The notes below the pieces were generated by a model. That model ran no database searches and was not told the DNA's origin. It was given only the letters and a program-made list of their open reading frames with translations. A stretch of 32,000 bases of DNA from Xylella taiwanensis (GTDB taxonomy: Bacteria > Pseudomonadota > Gammaproteobacteria > Xanthomonadales > Xanthomonadaceae), in the NCBI RefSeq assembly GCF_013177435.1, contig NZ_CP053627.1:1200001-1232000 (forward strand), read 5' to 3'. Positions 9,301-18,570 of the stretch are shown piece after piece. Positions within the stretch are counted from its first letter, which is position 1. Each line of letters begins with the position of its first letter. A program made the position numbers and the translations under genes.

Positions 9301-11314
9301 CGGTGGATCGGTCGGTTATGACCACAAGCGCATGGGTATTACCGCACGTGGTGCCTGGGAGTCAGTCAAGCGCCACTTCCGCGCGCTTGGTCGTGATTGC
9401 CAGAATGAAGATTTCAGTTGCATGGGCATTGGCGACATGTCAGGTGACGTGTTTGGTAACGGCATGTTGTTGTCACGCCATATTCGTCTGGTGGCCGCGT
9501 TTGATCATCGCCACATTTTTTTGGACCCAACGCCGGATGCAGCCATCTCGTTTACCGAACGTGAGCGTATGTTTAAGCTGCTGCGTTCCAGTTGGACTGA
9601 CTACGATGCCACCTTGATCAGCAAAGGTGGTGGCGTTTATCCGCGTACTCTTAAGTCGATCCAGATCAGCCCGCAGGTCGCTGCGGTGCTAGGCCTGGAT
9701 ACCAACATCAGGGCATTGTCACCAGACGGATTGATAAGCGCTATTCTCAAAGCACCCGTAGACCTGTTTTGGAACGGTGGCATCGGTACCTATGTTAAGG
9801 CGAGCAGCGAGACGCATACCGATGTCGGTGACCGTGCCAATAACGGTCTGCGCGTCAATGGCGTTGAGCTACGCTGCAAGATCGTAGGTGAAGGTGGCAA
9901 CCTGGGGTTGACTCAACTGGGTCGCATTGAGGCGGCTCACAACGGTGTGCTGCTTAACACCGATTTCATCGACAATTCAGCGGGTGTAGACACCTCTGAC
10001 CACGAGGTCAACATCAAAATCCTGCTCAATGATGTGGTGCAGGCCAAGACGCTCAGCTTCGAGGCGCGCAACACACGATTGGCATCAATGGCTGATGAAG
10101 TCGCGCAGTTAGTGCTGTGGGATAACATCCGTCAGAATCAGGCGATTAGCTTGATGGAGCGGATGAGTGTCAAGCGTCTTGGCTCCAAACAGCATTTCAT
10201 CCGCACCCTGGAGCAACAGGGCTTGCTTGATCGGCAGATCGAGTTCCTGCCATCCGACGCTGAGTTATCAGCACGTAAGGCACGTGGTTTGGGCCTGACG
10301 CGGCCGGAGCTGGCGGTGCTGCTGTCGTACTCCAAACTGGTTGCGTTTCAGCAGCTGCTTGAATCCGACGTGCCTGAGGATCCTTATCTGTCAAAGGAAT
10401 TGCAGCGCTACTTTCCAGAGCCGTTGCAGAAGACGTATGCCCACGTGATGGAGCAGCATCGCTTGAAACGCGAGATCATCGCGACGGCGGTAACAAATAC
10501 AACGATCAATCGCATGGGAGCGACTTTCCTGATGCGGATGCAGGAGGACACCGGGCGCAGTATTGGTGAGGTTGCGAAAGCCTACACGATGAGCCGCGAG
10601 ACGCTAGGTGTACGTACATTATGGGCTGAGATCGATGCACTGGATGGACAGATACCTGAGTCGGTGCAGATAGACGCATTGGAGGTGATCTGGCGGCTGC
10701 AATGGTCATGCGTGCGTTGGTTGCTGCTGCGTCCTGGTCAGATGCCGGATATTACCGCGGTCGTGGAGCGCTACCACGGAGCGTTCAACGACATCCGTAT
10801 GGTTGCTGCGGTGTTGCCGGATCAGCAACGCGCCGCTTACGAGGCCAGCGTGCAGGGCTGGACGAATCAGGGATTGGCGCTGGTGCTGGCGCAGCGACTG
10901 TCTGAGTTGTCTTACCTAGACAGGGCGTTTGACATTATCGAATTAGCGCACACGTGCAAGCTCAAGCCAGTGGAGGTGTCCAAGGTGCATTTCCGCCTGG
11001 GTGCGGCGTTGGGGTTGCCATGGCTGTTCGCGCACATTGACGCGCTGGAGGTCAGTGGCCGCTGGCATGCGATCGCGCGCGGCGTGTTGCGTGATGAACT
11101 GGCAGCGCACCAGCGCGCTTTGTCCGGCCATGTGCTGACGATGCCGGGCGTGAGTGCGGAGGAAAAGGTTGATCAATGGATCGCGCGTGATGACAGCGGT
11201 CTGCGTTTCACATTGTCGATGTTGGCTGAATTGAACGAGCAGAAGACCCTGGATTACCCAACTGTCTCGGTGGCGGTACAGCGTTTAGGGCAGCTTGCTG
11301 CGCATGGCGCTTGA
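6323..11314 (+). CDS. gdhB: NAD-specific glutamate dehydrogenase, large (~180 kDa) Bac_GDH class
   Basis: The 1663-aa ORF has a catalytic core with KGGFFVK, VVAADKGTATFSD, GGSVGYDHKRMGITARG, GIGDMSGDVFGNGML and NSAGVDTSDHEVNIKIL. Its length and layout are typical of the giant GDH family. The start is uncertain: ATG 6323 adds a Lys/Ser-rich 31-aa tail, and the alternative is ATG 6416 (MVNLESVF...). Confidence 0.92.
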   Translation: MASKKSLSTSVKGSSKTPAKRSVVGDVEPGCMVNLESVFAVLRERCPVSKQSEVQRFGASFYRSMEVDEFTRHTPQQWAALAMDMLEFARVRRIGMVNVRVYKPTSNANGWGSCHTMLQVVNDDMPFLVDTIIMILTELGIGVHLLFHPVIHLTRDKEDRLITVGEGNAESLMLLEIDRQSTEQMAVIETAIRNAMDQVRAVVTDWGAMREQMVRLAGDVAMRYVPNEALRHEMQAFLRWLAADHFIFFGYREYRVEQHGEAVVLVSLQDTALGLMRGRDVSPPRSIASFAAYGLSQSAGHHEPLILTKTNARSPVHRTGHMDYIGVLQFDAEGRMIGERRFLGLFTSSAYYCRPWEIPFVRQRYEYVMSRSGLMLNSHSGKALRHILEMLPREELFQSDDEALYRTAMGILGLQDRVRSRLFLRRDKYKRFISALVYVPREHFNQDVRLRIEALLKDVLQGEYIDSSMVVSELSPLAQLHLIVRSQSGHTLEPDIRALEERVAHLLRNGQDALREVLVTRHGEDVGLRMAALYGRALPAGYLEESSIESAAVDVEHVAALHGPDDLRLSLHVLPCSGSPGLRLKLYRQLDGIPLSDVLPMMENLGLRVISERPYRLQIGSVPICIQDFEIKSAVGTIDIAAVGVLFVEAFVQIWNGHAENDGFNSLVLAAGLHWRQVALLRGYCKYLLQTGVPFSQSYVEVTFAHYPLLARLLVELFEARFNPAIDDAAKSWIDQDQSQRRARLTALTGDDEAALKVLQPVLEACFSSRGVYRDAIHDVLLKLMDRVSNLDEDRILRSFIGVIDATLRTNYYQTGKDGQPGPCISFKFDSTQVPDLPKPRPYREIFVYGPRVEGVHLRFGPVARGGVRWSDRREDFRTEVLGLVKAQMVKNTVIVPVGAKGGFFVKCLPSVADRDAIQAEGIACYTLFIQCLLDMTDNMIGGKIVPPAQVVRYDQDDPYLVVAADKGTATFSDIANRLALDHGFWLGDAFASGGSVGYDHKRMGITARGAWESVKRHFRALGRDCQNEDFSCMGIGDMSGDVFGNGMLLSRHIRLVAAFDHRHIFLDPTPDAAISFTERERMFKLLRSSWTDYDATLISKGGGVYPRTLKSIQISPQVAAVLGLDTNIRALSPDGLISAILKAPVDLFWNGGIGTYVKASSETHTDVGDRANNGLRVNGVELRCKIVGEGGNLGLTQLGRIEAAHNGVLLNTDFIDNSAGVDTSDHEVNIKILLNDVVQAKTLSFEARNTRLASMADEVAQLVLWDNIRQNQAISLMERMSVKRLGSKQHFIRTLEQQGLLDRQIEFLPSDAELSARKARGLGLTRPELAVLLSYSKLVAFQQLLESDVPEDPYLSKELQRYFPEPLQKTYAHVMEQHRLKREIIATAVTNTTINRMGATFLMRMQEDTGRSIGEVAKAYTMSRETLGVRTLWAEIDALDGQIPESVQIDALEVIWRLQWSCVRWLLLRPGQMPDITAVVERYHGAFNDIRMVAAVLPDQQRAAYEASVQGWTNQGLALVLAQRLSELSYLDRAFDIIELAHTCKLKPVEVSKVHFRLGAALGLPWLFAHIDALEVSGRWHAIARGVLRDELAAHQRALSGHVLTMPGVSAEEKVDQWIARDDSGLRFTLSMLAELNEQKTLDYPTVSVAVQRLGQLAAHGA

Positions 11315-11379
11315 GGGCTTGGTCGCTGATGTACTCCCTCGTCTGTCCGGTGCGTCTAAACGGGTCATAGGGTTGCCGT

Positions 11380-12177
11380 ATGCTGAAGGGCCTGTCCCTG
11401 GAGATGATGATGACTGCCGTAACTCGTATCGCTTTCCTCGCGAGTACCGCTGAGCCGGCACAACGGGTACGCCAGCAGCTGATGGCCCGCTATGGCGATT
11501 ATCCGATTGAGGAGGCTGATGTACTGTGCGCTTTGGGGGGCGATGGCTTCATGTTGCAGACCTTGCATCGCCATGGGGCAAGCGGCAAACCGGTGTATGG
11601 TATGAAACTGGGTTCAGTCGGCTTTCTGATGAATCAATATCACGATGATCTGCTCGCACGCTTGCAGCGTGCTGAACCGGCCAAGCTGCGTCCGTTGCAG
11701 ATGCTGGCGGAAACTGAATCCGGTGTCAGTGTTGATTCGTTGGCCTATAACGAGGTCTCGCTGCTGCGCCAAACGCATCAGGCGGCGCATCTCAGTATCG
11801 ATCTCAATGGCCAAACTCGGATTGATGAGTTGACCGGCGATGGTGTCATCGTTGCCACCCCGGCTGGCAGCACCGCTTACAACTATTCTGCACACGGCCC
11901 AATTCTGCCGCTGGGATCGCATACTTTGGCGCTGACACCAATTGCTCCCTATCGACCGCGACGCTGGCGTGGTGCGATCCTTAAGGCCGATACTGAGATT
12001 CGCTTCCGTGTGTTGGATCCCTATAAGCGTCCCGTCAGTGTCACTGCCGATTCCCATGAAATTCGCGATGTCGTTGAGGTCACCATCCGTGAATCGACCG
12101 AGCAGCGTGTTACTTTGCTATTCGACCCCGAGCATAATCTTGAGGAACGAATCTTCAACGAGCAGTTTGCTGTCTGA
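11380..12177 (+). CDS. nadK: NAD kinase
   Basis: Motifs [12 protein letters not shown] (GGDG) and [17 protein letters not shown] are present. The true start is probably one of the ATGs at 11404-11410, which follow a GGAG at 11400-11403 ([12 protein letters not shown]...). Confidence 0.9.
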   Translation: MLKGLSLEMMMTAVTRIAFLASTAEPAQRVRQQLMARYGDYPIEEADVLCALGGDGFMLQTLHRHGASGKPVYGMKLGSVGFLMNQYHDDLLARLQRAEPAKLRPLQMLAETESGVSVDSLAYNEVSLLRQTHQAAHLSIDLNGQTRIDELTGDGVIVATPAGSTAYNYSAHGPILPLGSHTLALTPIAPYRPRRWRGAILKADTEIRFRVLDPYKRPVSVTADSHEIRDVVEVTIRESTEQRVTLLFDPEHNLEERIFNEQFAV

Positions 12178-12262
12178 GCCATCTCCCGCCTCAGGTGGCA
12201 GGCTGCCATGCCAGGGAAACGGGAATGTTCTGATTGCTCCTTCCACATCATGAACCTTATCT

Positions 12263-13222
12263 ATGCCAGATGATTCTCATAGATTGCTGACCGTTGCAGT
12301 GACTTCACGTGCCTTGTTCGATCTGGAAGAGGGGCATGCCTTGTTCGAACGTGATGGTGTCGATGCTTATGCTCACTATCAACGTGAACACGAGGATGAT
12401 GTGCTGCAACCTGGTGTGGCTTTTCCCGTAGTCCGCAAATTGCTGGCGTTGAATCGGGGGGCGCTGACCGATATGCCGCGGGTTGAGGTGATCTTGCTGT
12501 CGCGCAATTCTGCTGACACTGGTCTGCGTATCTTCAATTCCATCCAGCACTACGGTCTTGGAATTGTGCGTGCTACTTTCACGTCTGGTGAGGCAACATG
12601 GCCTTACGTCAAACCCTTCGGTACCGACCTGTTCCTATCGGCCAATCCGGTCTCAGTGCGGCGTGCGTTGGAGCACGGCATCGCCGCAGCAACAATCATG
12701 CCGCGCATGCCGGGTGAACGTGTAGAGGCTGCGGCGGCAGTCTCCGACAACGCAGGCAGTGCTTTGCCAGCGCAACTGCGCATTGCCTTTGACGGTGATG
12801 CCGTTATCTTTGGCGATGAGGGCGAGCGCATGTCCCGCGAGCAAGGAATAGAGGCGTTTGGTCGCTACGAGCGTGAACGCGCACGTGAGCCGTTGACTGG
12901 CGGGCCGTTCCGTAATTTTTTGTCCGCACTCCATGCGTTGCAGGCGGCATTTCCGTCCGGTGAAGCTTCACCGATCCGCACGGCACTGGTCACTGCGCGT
13001 TCAGCGCCGGCGCATGAGCGTGTCATCCGCACATTGCGGGAATGGGGCGTGCGTTTGGACGAGGCGCTGTTCTTGGGAGGGCGACATAAGGGGCCATTCC
13101 TGGAAGCCTTTGGGGCGGATATTTTCTTCGACGATTCGCAGCACAATATCGACAGTGTTCGTCAGCACCAGGGTGTGGCTGCTGGGCACGTTCCGCACGG
13201 AGTTTCCAACGATCCGGGATAA
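12263..13222 (+). CDS. 5'-nucleotidase family protein (PF06189-like, cytosolic 5'-nucleotidase IA-related, HAD-like)
   Basis: The N-terminal region LLTVAVTSRALFDLEEGHALFERDGVDAYAHYQREHEDDVLQPGVAFPVVRKLLALN and the segment ILLSRNSADTGLRIFNSIQHYGL match my memory of the bacterial PF06189 family. The C-terminus has FFDDSQHN. It lies 85 bp downstream of nadK on the same strand. Confidence 0.75.
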   Translation: MPDDSHRLLTVAVTSRALFDLEEGHALFERDGVDAYAHYQREHEDDVLQPGVAFPVVRKLLALNRGALTDMPRVEVILLSRNSADTGLRIFNSIQHYGLGIVRATFTSGEATWPYVKPFGTDLFLSANPVSVRRALEHGIAAATIMPRMPGERVEAAAAVSDNAGSALPAQLRIAFDGDAVIFGDEGERMSREQGIEAFGRYERERAREPLTGGPFRNFLSALHALQAAFPSGEASPIRTALVTARSAPAHERVIRTLREWGVRLDEALFLGGRHKGPFLEAFGADIFFDDSQHNIDSVRQHQGVAAGHVPHGVSNDPG

Positions 13223-14870
13223 GCGGTTGTTAAGACGGCCTGAGTGCTCCGGATTTGGCATCATGTTGAGCGGTCATGGTGTGGGCCACCGTGTAGATGC
13301 CGATGGCACATTGTTCATCATCGGGCTGCGTTTGCTCTCCACTTTCTGCGAATGGTGTTTCTGGGGGAGTCACAGCACACCAGTGCAGGTGTGGGTTGCG
13401 GCGATGACATGCGATTCGGCGGTGATCGTGCTGTGTGAGAGGCGTTCAGTATTCCACCGGATGATGTGTCTTTCACACTGAGTAAAGTCTGGATCACCAG
13501 GGGTTTGAATCGCACGCCACTAGGAACGCATTGAGGTGCTGTTGGAAGATGCTGATGGCTCTGATGGAAGCCCACTTACGTTGTTGGCCTTTATTTTCTA
13601 TAGCAGTGAACGCTGTACGGGTTCCTGCAAAGCGGGTTCTGGATGTATCTGTACGTCACGGGTACTCACAGGGACTTGGCGTTAAACAACGCTTGCGGCA
13701 ATCAGTGGGTGGCTAGTGCTGCTGGAACGGCGTATGAGTGACGTGGCGGCAATCGCTTGGAGCCATGAGTGACCGTGATATGTGATGCCTTCCATGAAGT
13801 TGCATGTAGGCTGCGTGGGAAGATGCGCAATTTTAATGATTGGAACTAGAGTTTTATGTGTCCAATCATGATGTACAGGCTGCTCTGTCATGGCGCGGAT
13901 GCGAACCCAGCTTGCATGATCCTGCTGTTTAGCGGGTGCCCATCTGATTTTTTTCGGCTTTTTGTCGCTTTTTAATGATGCTGTCAGCGTCGGCTTGAGG
14001 GTAAAAAGCGTGTAGCTAAAGCGGCTGTTTGTGCATGTGACGATCAGGAGATGTGTGCTGGCAGTGACTGCAATTGTTGCGGGTGAGGTCGACAGCGTTT
14101 GCAATGGCATCCGCTCAAAGGAATCACGCGCTAATAACATTGAAAGTGTGGCTTTCCGTAGAGAAGCGTTCCTTATCGAATGTGCAATGTGCAACAACAT
14201 TGATGTTTTTCTGGTGCTGTCTCGTCCATCTGTGGAGGATATCGGGAGCTTCAGGACAGCTGAGTTTTTCCGATGGGCTTAATGAGTCCGGAAGTGGTTG
14301 CATTCAGTGAGGATGATGGCTTGTTTTTGAGAGCGTGAGTGATTGTGTTGCATGGTCGATGCATGATGAGGCTTTCCTGGGATAGAAAGCGCAACATGGT
14401 TGTTGAGATACAGTGACTGGCTGTTGATTGACCACAGTCAACGTACATCGGGAACGTGCAGTACTTTATCCTCTGCTCTCACGATAAATATGAAGTACAG
14501 GAACACTTGGATCGCTCCGGCGCATACCGTCAAAGTGGCTATCTTTGCTTTTACATGATGACGTGTTGATCTATATGACGACTGACTGCAAAACCGGGCA
14601 ACGCGACCGTCCCGGCTTCCCGTCATCATGCGATGTTGCAGCGGTGCTGCTCAAATCTATACTCCGTCCTGATGACCTGCGTTCAGAAGTGTTGACCGAG
14701 GATTGAAGTTTCCTCATTGATTTTGTTTCTATGCTATCCATGTCGTTTTGCGTTGTGTACTTGGAAGCAGATTTTTGCTAATGATCATCTTATTGACTGT
14801 TATCAGCCTGGTTTTTGGCATATTTTATTTTTTTCAATCGTTGCGATGTTCCTATCTGCGGAGTCCATTG

Positions 14871-15290
14871 ATGAAGACCCAGCTCGGAGAAACACGTTCT
14901 ACTTGTAGGTTGCTGCGTGCACAGCCGTCTTTCACCGGAAAACAAGGTCTTGACTATGCAGTCGGAATTTCTGCAGAGACCGTCAGTGCCAAGGCAATCA
15001 ATCTTCAGCTCGTCACCATTCCCCCTGGTGCAAAAGCCAAGACCCACATGCACGCGGACCACGAAACAGCGCTCTACGCGCTCACCGGCGTATCGCACGT
15101 CTGGTATGGCGCGAGATTGGAGGAACATGCCACTGTTGCGCAAGGTGATTTTTTTTACATACCGGCTGGTGTGCCGCATCAGCCCTACAACAGTTCTAAT
15201 GAACCAGCCATTGTATTGGTCGCACGGACCGATCCGAATGACCAAGAAAGCGTGACGATGCTTCCGGAGCTTGATGTGTTACATCCTTAA
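14871..15290 (+). CDS. cupin-domain protein (cupin_2-like), function unknown
   Basis: Both cupin motifs are present: AKTHMHADHETALYALTG (HxH...E...G) and GDFFYIPAGVPHQPYN (G..P.G..H...N). I chose the start at ATG 14871, preceded by GGAG 7 nt upstream. The track ORF starts at 14748 and would add a hydrophobic 41-aa leader. Confidence 0.75.
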   Translation: MKTQLGETRSTCRLLRAQPSFTGKQGLDYAVGISAETVSAKAINLQLVTIPPGAKAKTHMHADHETALYALTGVSHVWYGARLEEHATVAQGDFFYIPAGVPHQPYNSSNEPAIVLVARTDPNDQESVTMLPELDVLHP

Positions 15291-15453
15291 TCTCATTGCG
15301 CAACATGGGTGTGACGATGCCGCTCACCAAGAAGGGCCGATCGTGTCTCTGCCAGTCTCAGGGATGGCATGTAGGATGTGCCGCTATGTGATCAATGTCG
15401 ATTCGATATCAGAAGTCTTACGCAGCTGATCTTGTGCTGACGACTGAAGACAA

Positions 15454-16378
15454 GGCTGTTTCCCAATAGGCTGGGCTCTGTTGGGGACCGTATTTAAAAT
15501 GACACGTCTCTCACCATTGATCCCGATGGGAGCAAATACGAGTCATTGAACGATGCGTGTGTCAGATGGACTAGGGTCTGTTAAGCGGCAGTGAGTATAT
15601 GAAGATCGCAGCAGCCCAATTCGAGCAGCTCGAACACTGTTTTTTTAAGCGCTCTGCCGCGGCAACACCGCAACGCCAGTCCGACGCATCTGCAAGTGCT
15701 CAACACCATCCGGTATCTCGCTGAACATGGCTGTCAATGGCATCGCCTACCCAAGCGTTGATGATCTATACATGCATGATTCGATACGCGGCCGGATGTG
15801 CTGGATTGAGCCTTCAAGCCACTCCAGCAAGCGCAGCGCGTACACATCGATCTCCAGGTTGAGTCGCTGGATAGCATCGGTGTGAAAGTGCATCCGGATG
15901 GCACTGACGCACTCCAAGAACGGTCCGTCGGTTATCGGAAAATGCTGTGGTGAGTGGAACCCCAAGCGCCATCTCCTTGCCGTGGCCGCGCGTGGGGTCG
16001 TCATCTTCTCTCTATCGCTTGGAGAAGCCCACGATGTGCTGAAATGCCGCGAGTGGCTCAAGTGGTCTGAATCGCCGAATCGCCCGTTGTACGTGCGCGT
16101 AGACCACGCCTATAAAGCCACCAGGTGCGCTGCTGGGCGTTTGACTCGGGTTTCATGCTTGTCATGTCGCTGCTGCACACGCACATCGAGCCTTGGTGAT
16201 ATCACCACAAGATGTACAAGCGTTGTAATGAGTTCGAGTCCCTGTTCCACAGGCTCAAGAGCGATCGCCGTGTCTGTTCCAAATGCGAGAAGTTCGATGT
16301 CATGTTCATCGCCTTCGCTCTGATTAACGGTGGTTTGCGATCGGGTTAACCGGCCCTGGTCATTGTGGGGACAATGCC
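15454..16378 (+). mobile_element. degenerate IS5-family insertion sequence remnant (IS427/IS1031-like subgroup), boundaries tentative
   Basis: The element encloses the disrupted transposase below. Candidate imperfect terminal inverted repeats are GGCTGTTTCCCAATAGG (15454-15470) and the reverse complement of 16358-16378 (GGCATTGTCCCCACAATGACC). They match at about 13 of 19 positions with a 2-nt gap. At about 925 bp the element is in the size range of this IS subgroup. Confidence 0.45.
15599..16349 (+). pseudogene. IS5-family DDE transposase, inactivated by several frameshifts and stop codons
   Basis: Transposase-like peptide pieces are spread over all three + frames. They include MKIAAAQFEQLEHCFFKR, LPRQHRNASPTHLQVLNTIRYLAEHGCQWHRLPKR*, LDSIGVKVHPDGTDALQ and NGPSVIGKCCGEWNPKRHLLAVAARGVVIFSLSLGEAHDV. 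Further pieces are PLYVRVDHAYKA, AFDSGFMLVMSLLHTHIEPW* and YHHKMYKRCNEFESLFHRLKSDRRVCSKCEKFDVMFIAFALI. Order and content follow the DUF4096 + DDE_Tnp_1 layout of small IS5-family transposases. Confidence 0.8.
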
Positions 16379-16384
16379 TTGGCG

Positions 16385-17443
16385 TCATAGGGTGCTGGTC
16401 ATAAGTGCAGCATGCGGTATCGCTGGAGGGGTGGGTGAAGATGCTTGGGAGTCTTCAGCCGTTCCGGTCCAACGTTGACCCGGTGTCATCGCGATGAAAC
16501 ACGTTGCAGCGATCTCCTGGGCTTGCAGGGCCTGAGCCAACAGGGCAGGTGGTTCTTCTACGGCTTCGTCGGTCAGACGGAAGGTGCCCCAGTGTACCCC
16601 CAACGCCTGGCGTGCGCCCACGTCGCACATAATCTGCACTGCCTCGACGGCATCAATGTGCTGGTTGTGCATGAACCATCGTGGCGCATATGCGCCGATG
16701 GGCAGGATGGCTAGGTCTGGAGGACCGCAGCGTTTCGCGATCGCGTGGAAGAAGCTCCCGTCCCCGTAGGCAGTATCGCCAGCAATGTAGAGGTTTCCCT
16801 TCGAGGTATGCAGGTAGAAGCCGCCCCACAGTGCCATACGTTTGTCTCGCATGCCGCGTGCGGACCAGTGGTAGGCGGGAACGACGCTGATCTTGGCGTG
16901 GTCATCTGCCAGTTGCATTGAGTGCCACCAATCGAGCGGGTGCACCCGCATGTCGGGGACGTGCTTTCGGATGATGGCATCGTTGCCGAGTGGTGTAACT
17001 ACGCGCGGGGCATGCGTCATCTGGAGGCGGGCGAGGGTGGCCAGATCCAGATGGTCGTAGTGGTTGTGGGTGATCAGTACATAATCAATGGGTGGCAATG
17101 CGCTGAAGGTGATGCCGGGGGAATTCCAACGCCGCGGACCCAGCCAGGACAGTGGGCTGGCCCGTTCGGACCAGACCGGATCAACCAGCAGGTTGAGTCC
17201 TGCGATTTGTATCAGCACGCTGGAGTGGCCGATCATCGTGACGATAGGATGTTGGCTGTGTGCGACGGGTGTGGATACGTGGGTGCGTGGTGCGTTGCGC
17301 CAGGGGGGTAGGCGGCGGCTGTCCCAGCGCCAGCGCAGCAGGTCGCTGAATGGTTTGTCGGTGTTTGTTTGGCCTGGATTGAAGAAGCGCAGGCCGTCGA
17401 AGTGGTCGCTGAGTGGGCCTTGATAGTAGCGGTTGCGTGGCAT
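16385..17443 (-). CDS. MBL-fold metallo-hydrolase (NAPE-PLD / Zn-dependent hydrolase-like)
   Basis: The 352-aa ORF carries the HxHxDH motif in ITHNHYDHLD and later His/Asp ligand contexts (AGDTAYGD, LGVHWGTF). Its layout is typical of family-B-like MBL hydrolases. Confidence 0.8.
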   Translation of the reverse strand: MPRNRYYQGPLSDHFDGLRFFNPGQTNTDKPFSDLLRWRWDSRRLPPWRNAPRTHVSTPVAHSQHPIVTMIGHSSVLIQIAGLNLLVDPVWSERASPLSWLGPRRWNSPGITFSALPPIDYVLITHNHYDHLDLATLARLQMTHAPRVVTPLGNDAIIRKHVPDMRVHPLDWWHSMQLADDHAKISVVPAYHWSARGMRDKRMALWGGFYLHTSKGNLYIAGDTAYGDGSFFHAIAKRCGPPDLAILPIGAYAPRWFMHNQHIDAVEAVQIMCDVGARQALGVHWGTFRLTDEAVEEPPALLAQALQAQEIAATCFIAMTPGQRWTGTAEDSQASSPTPPAIPHAALMTSTL

Positions 17444-17883
17444 GGTGCAGATGTGGTTATTGACAGTGATTGATGGGTGTCGGTAACTGACTAGGGTAGC
17501 TTGTTGTGCTTGAGGATCAACACCCGGTGGTGCTCCTAGCGTTCTGTGCCGTCACAGTGCAACGGCCGATGATTGGTGTGAAGTGGTCATCAATGTTTTG
17601 TAGCGCATCCGTCGGTGGCGGTGCAGCGTCGGTGTTGTTGCCTATGCATTCACTGTCGATATGTTGCTATCACGTCGTTTCCTTGCAAGGGTGTTGCGAT
17701 CCCGGTTGGGGGCACTTCTGTATTGACACCGGTCCGCAATGCTGTGAAGTCGATATGACGCTTCAGAGGTGTGGTGTTGCATATGCCTGACATTCGAATG
17801 ATGCGTGTATCTTCAAGGCGGTGTCGCGTTCCAAGGTGATTAGAACGACGTGCAATAGCTGGATTGCCTTGTTGTGCATCATC

Positions 17884-18570
17884 TTAGAACTCAAGGTCCA
17901 ATGCGGCGCAGAGGTAGTCCATGAACGGCGCCAGCAGGCGCAGGCTGGCTTCCAGCGTTCGACGCAGCTGCGGTCCGGTCATGACGGTGTTTCCCAACGG
18001 GCGCCACAGCACCCAGTGGCGGTGCTTGAGATCATCTAGAAAAGCGAAGTCGGTGGGGAAACCGCGCGGTGCACGTACCAGTTTCTCGTGCTCGTACAGG
18101 GTAAATGTACGGCGTTGCTTAGGAGCGTGTGCAGCGGCGTGCCAACTGGCGGGATTGTCAAAGATGAACTGGCGGATACGGCGTTGTGTGTCTGACTCTG
18201 GTTGCCAGATCCCGCCGCCCACGAAGCTCTCACCCGGTTGCAGGTGTATGTAAAACGAGGGAGCCGGCACTTCGCGCCGGCGGGCATGGAACAGGCGCGC
18301 ACCCTGCCAGGTTTTGTATGGCGACTTGTCTTTGGAAAAGCGCGCGTCGCGATAGATTCGAAACAGGGAGCCACCTTGGGGGCGTGGATCGGCGCGGTAG
18401 TGTTCGCTGATTTCGGCCAGTGAGGGCTGTAAGTCAGTGATGAGGCGTAGAAAGGGTGCCTGCACGTGTTCGAGGTACTGTGGTTTGTGTGCAGTGAACC
18501 ACGCTTTGTCATTGTGGTGTGCCAGTTCGTGTAAGAACTTGAAGCTGGCGTCGGTGAAGTAGGCCGTCAT
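17884..18570 (-). CDS. DUF2461 / TIGR02453 family protein
   Basis: The 228-aa ORF has a family-typical N-terminus (FKFLHELAHHNDKAWFTAHKPQY) and core (RIYRDARFSKDKSPYKT). Its ATG overlaps the sbcB stop (ATGA, 18567-18570). Confidence 0.75.
   Translation of the reverse strand: MTAYFTDASFKFLHELAHHNDKAWFTAHKPQYLEHVQAPFLRLITDLQPSLAEISEHYRADPRPQGGSLFRIYRDARFSKDKSPYKTWQGARLFHARRREVPAPSFYIHLQPGESFVGGGIWQPESDTQRRIRQFIFDNPASWHAAAHAPKQRRTFTLYEHEKLVRAPRGFPTDFAFLDDLKHRHWVLWRPLGNTVMTGPQLRRTLEASLRLLAPFMDYLCAALDLEF

Noticed and set aside
6344-9325. Long antisense ORFs inside the GDH gene (6344-7228, 294 aa; 8408-9325, 305 aa).
   Set aside because: Both lie fully within, and antisense to, a gene with an unmistakable GDH protein sequence. 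Their compositions (His/Arg/Gln-rich) are typical of shadow ORFs.
13682-14200. A 172-aa minus-strand ORF in the 13.2-14.9 kb tract.
   Set aside because: The minus strand here is A+C-rich and therefore stop-poor. The peptide is a low-information T/S/H/L/A-rich string with no SD and no recognisable motif.
14790-15245. A 151-aa minus ORF and a 112-aa + ORF overlapping the cupin gene.
   Set aside because: The cupin frame carries both canonical cupin motifs. The alternative frames have no recognisable features.
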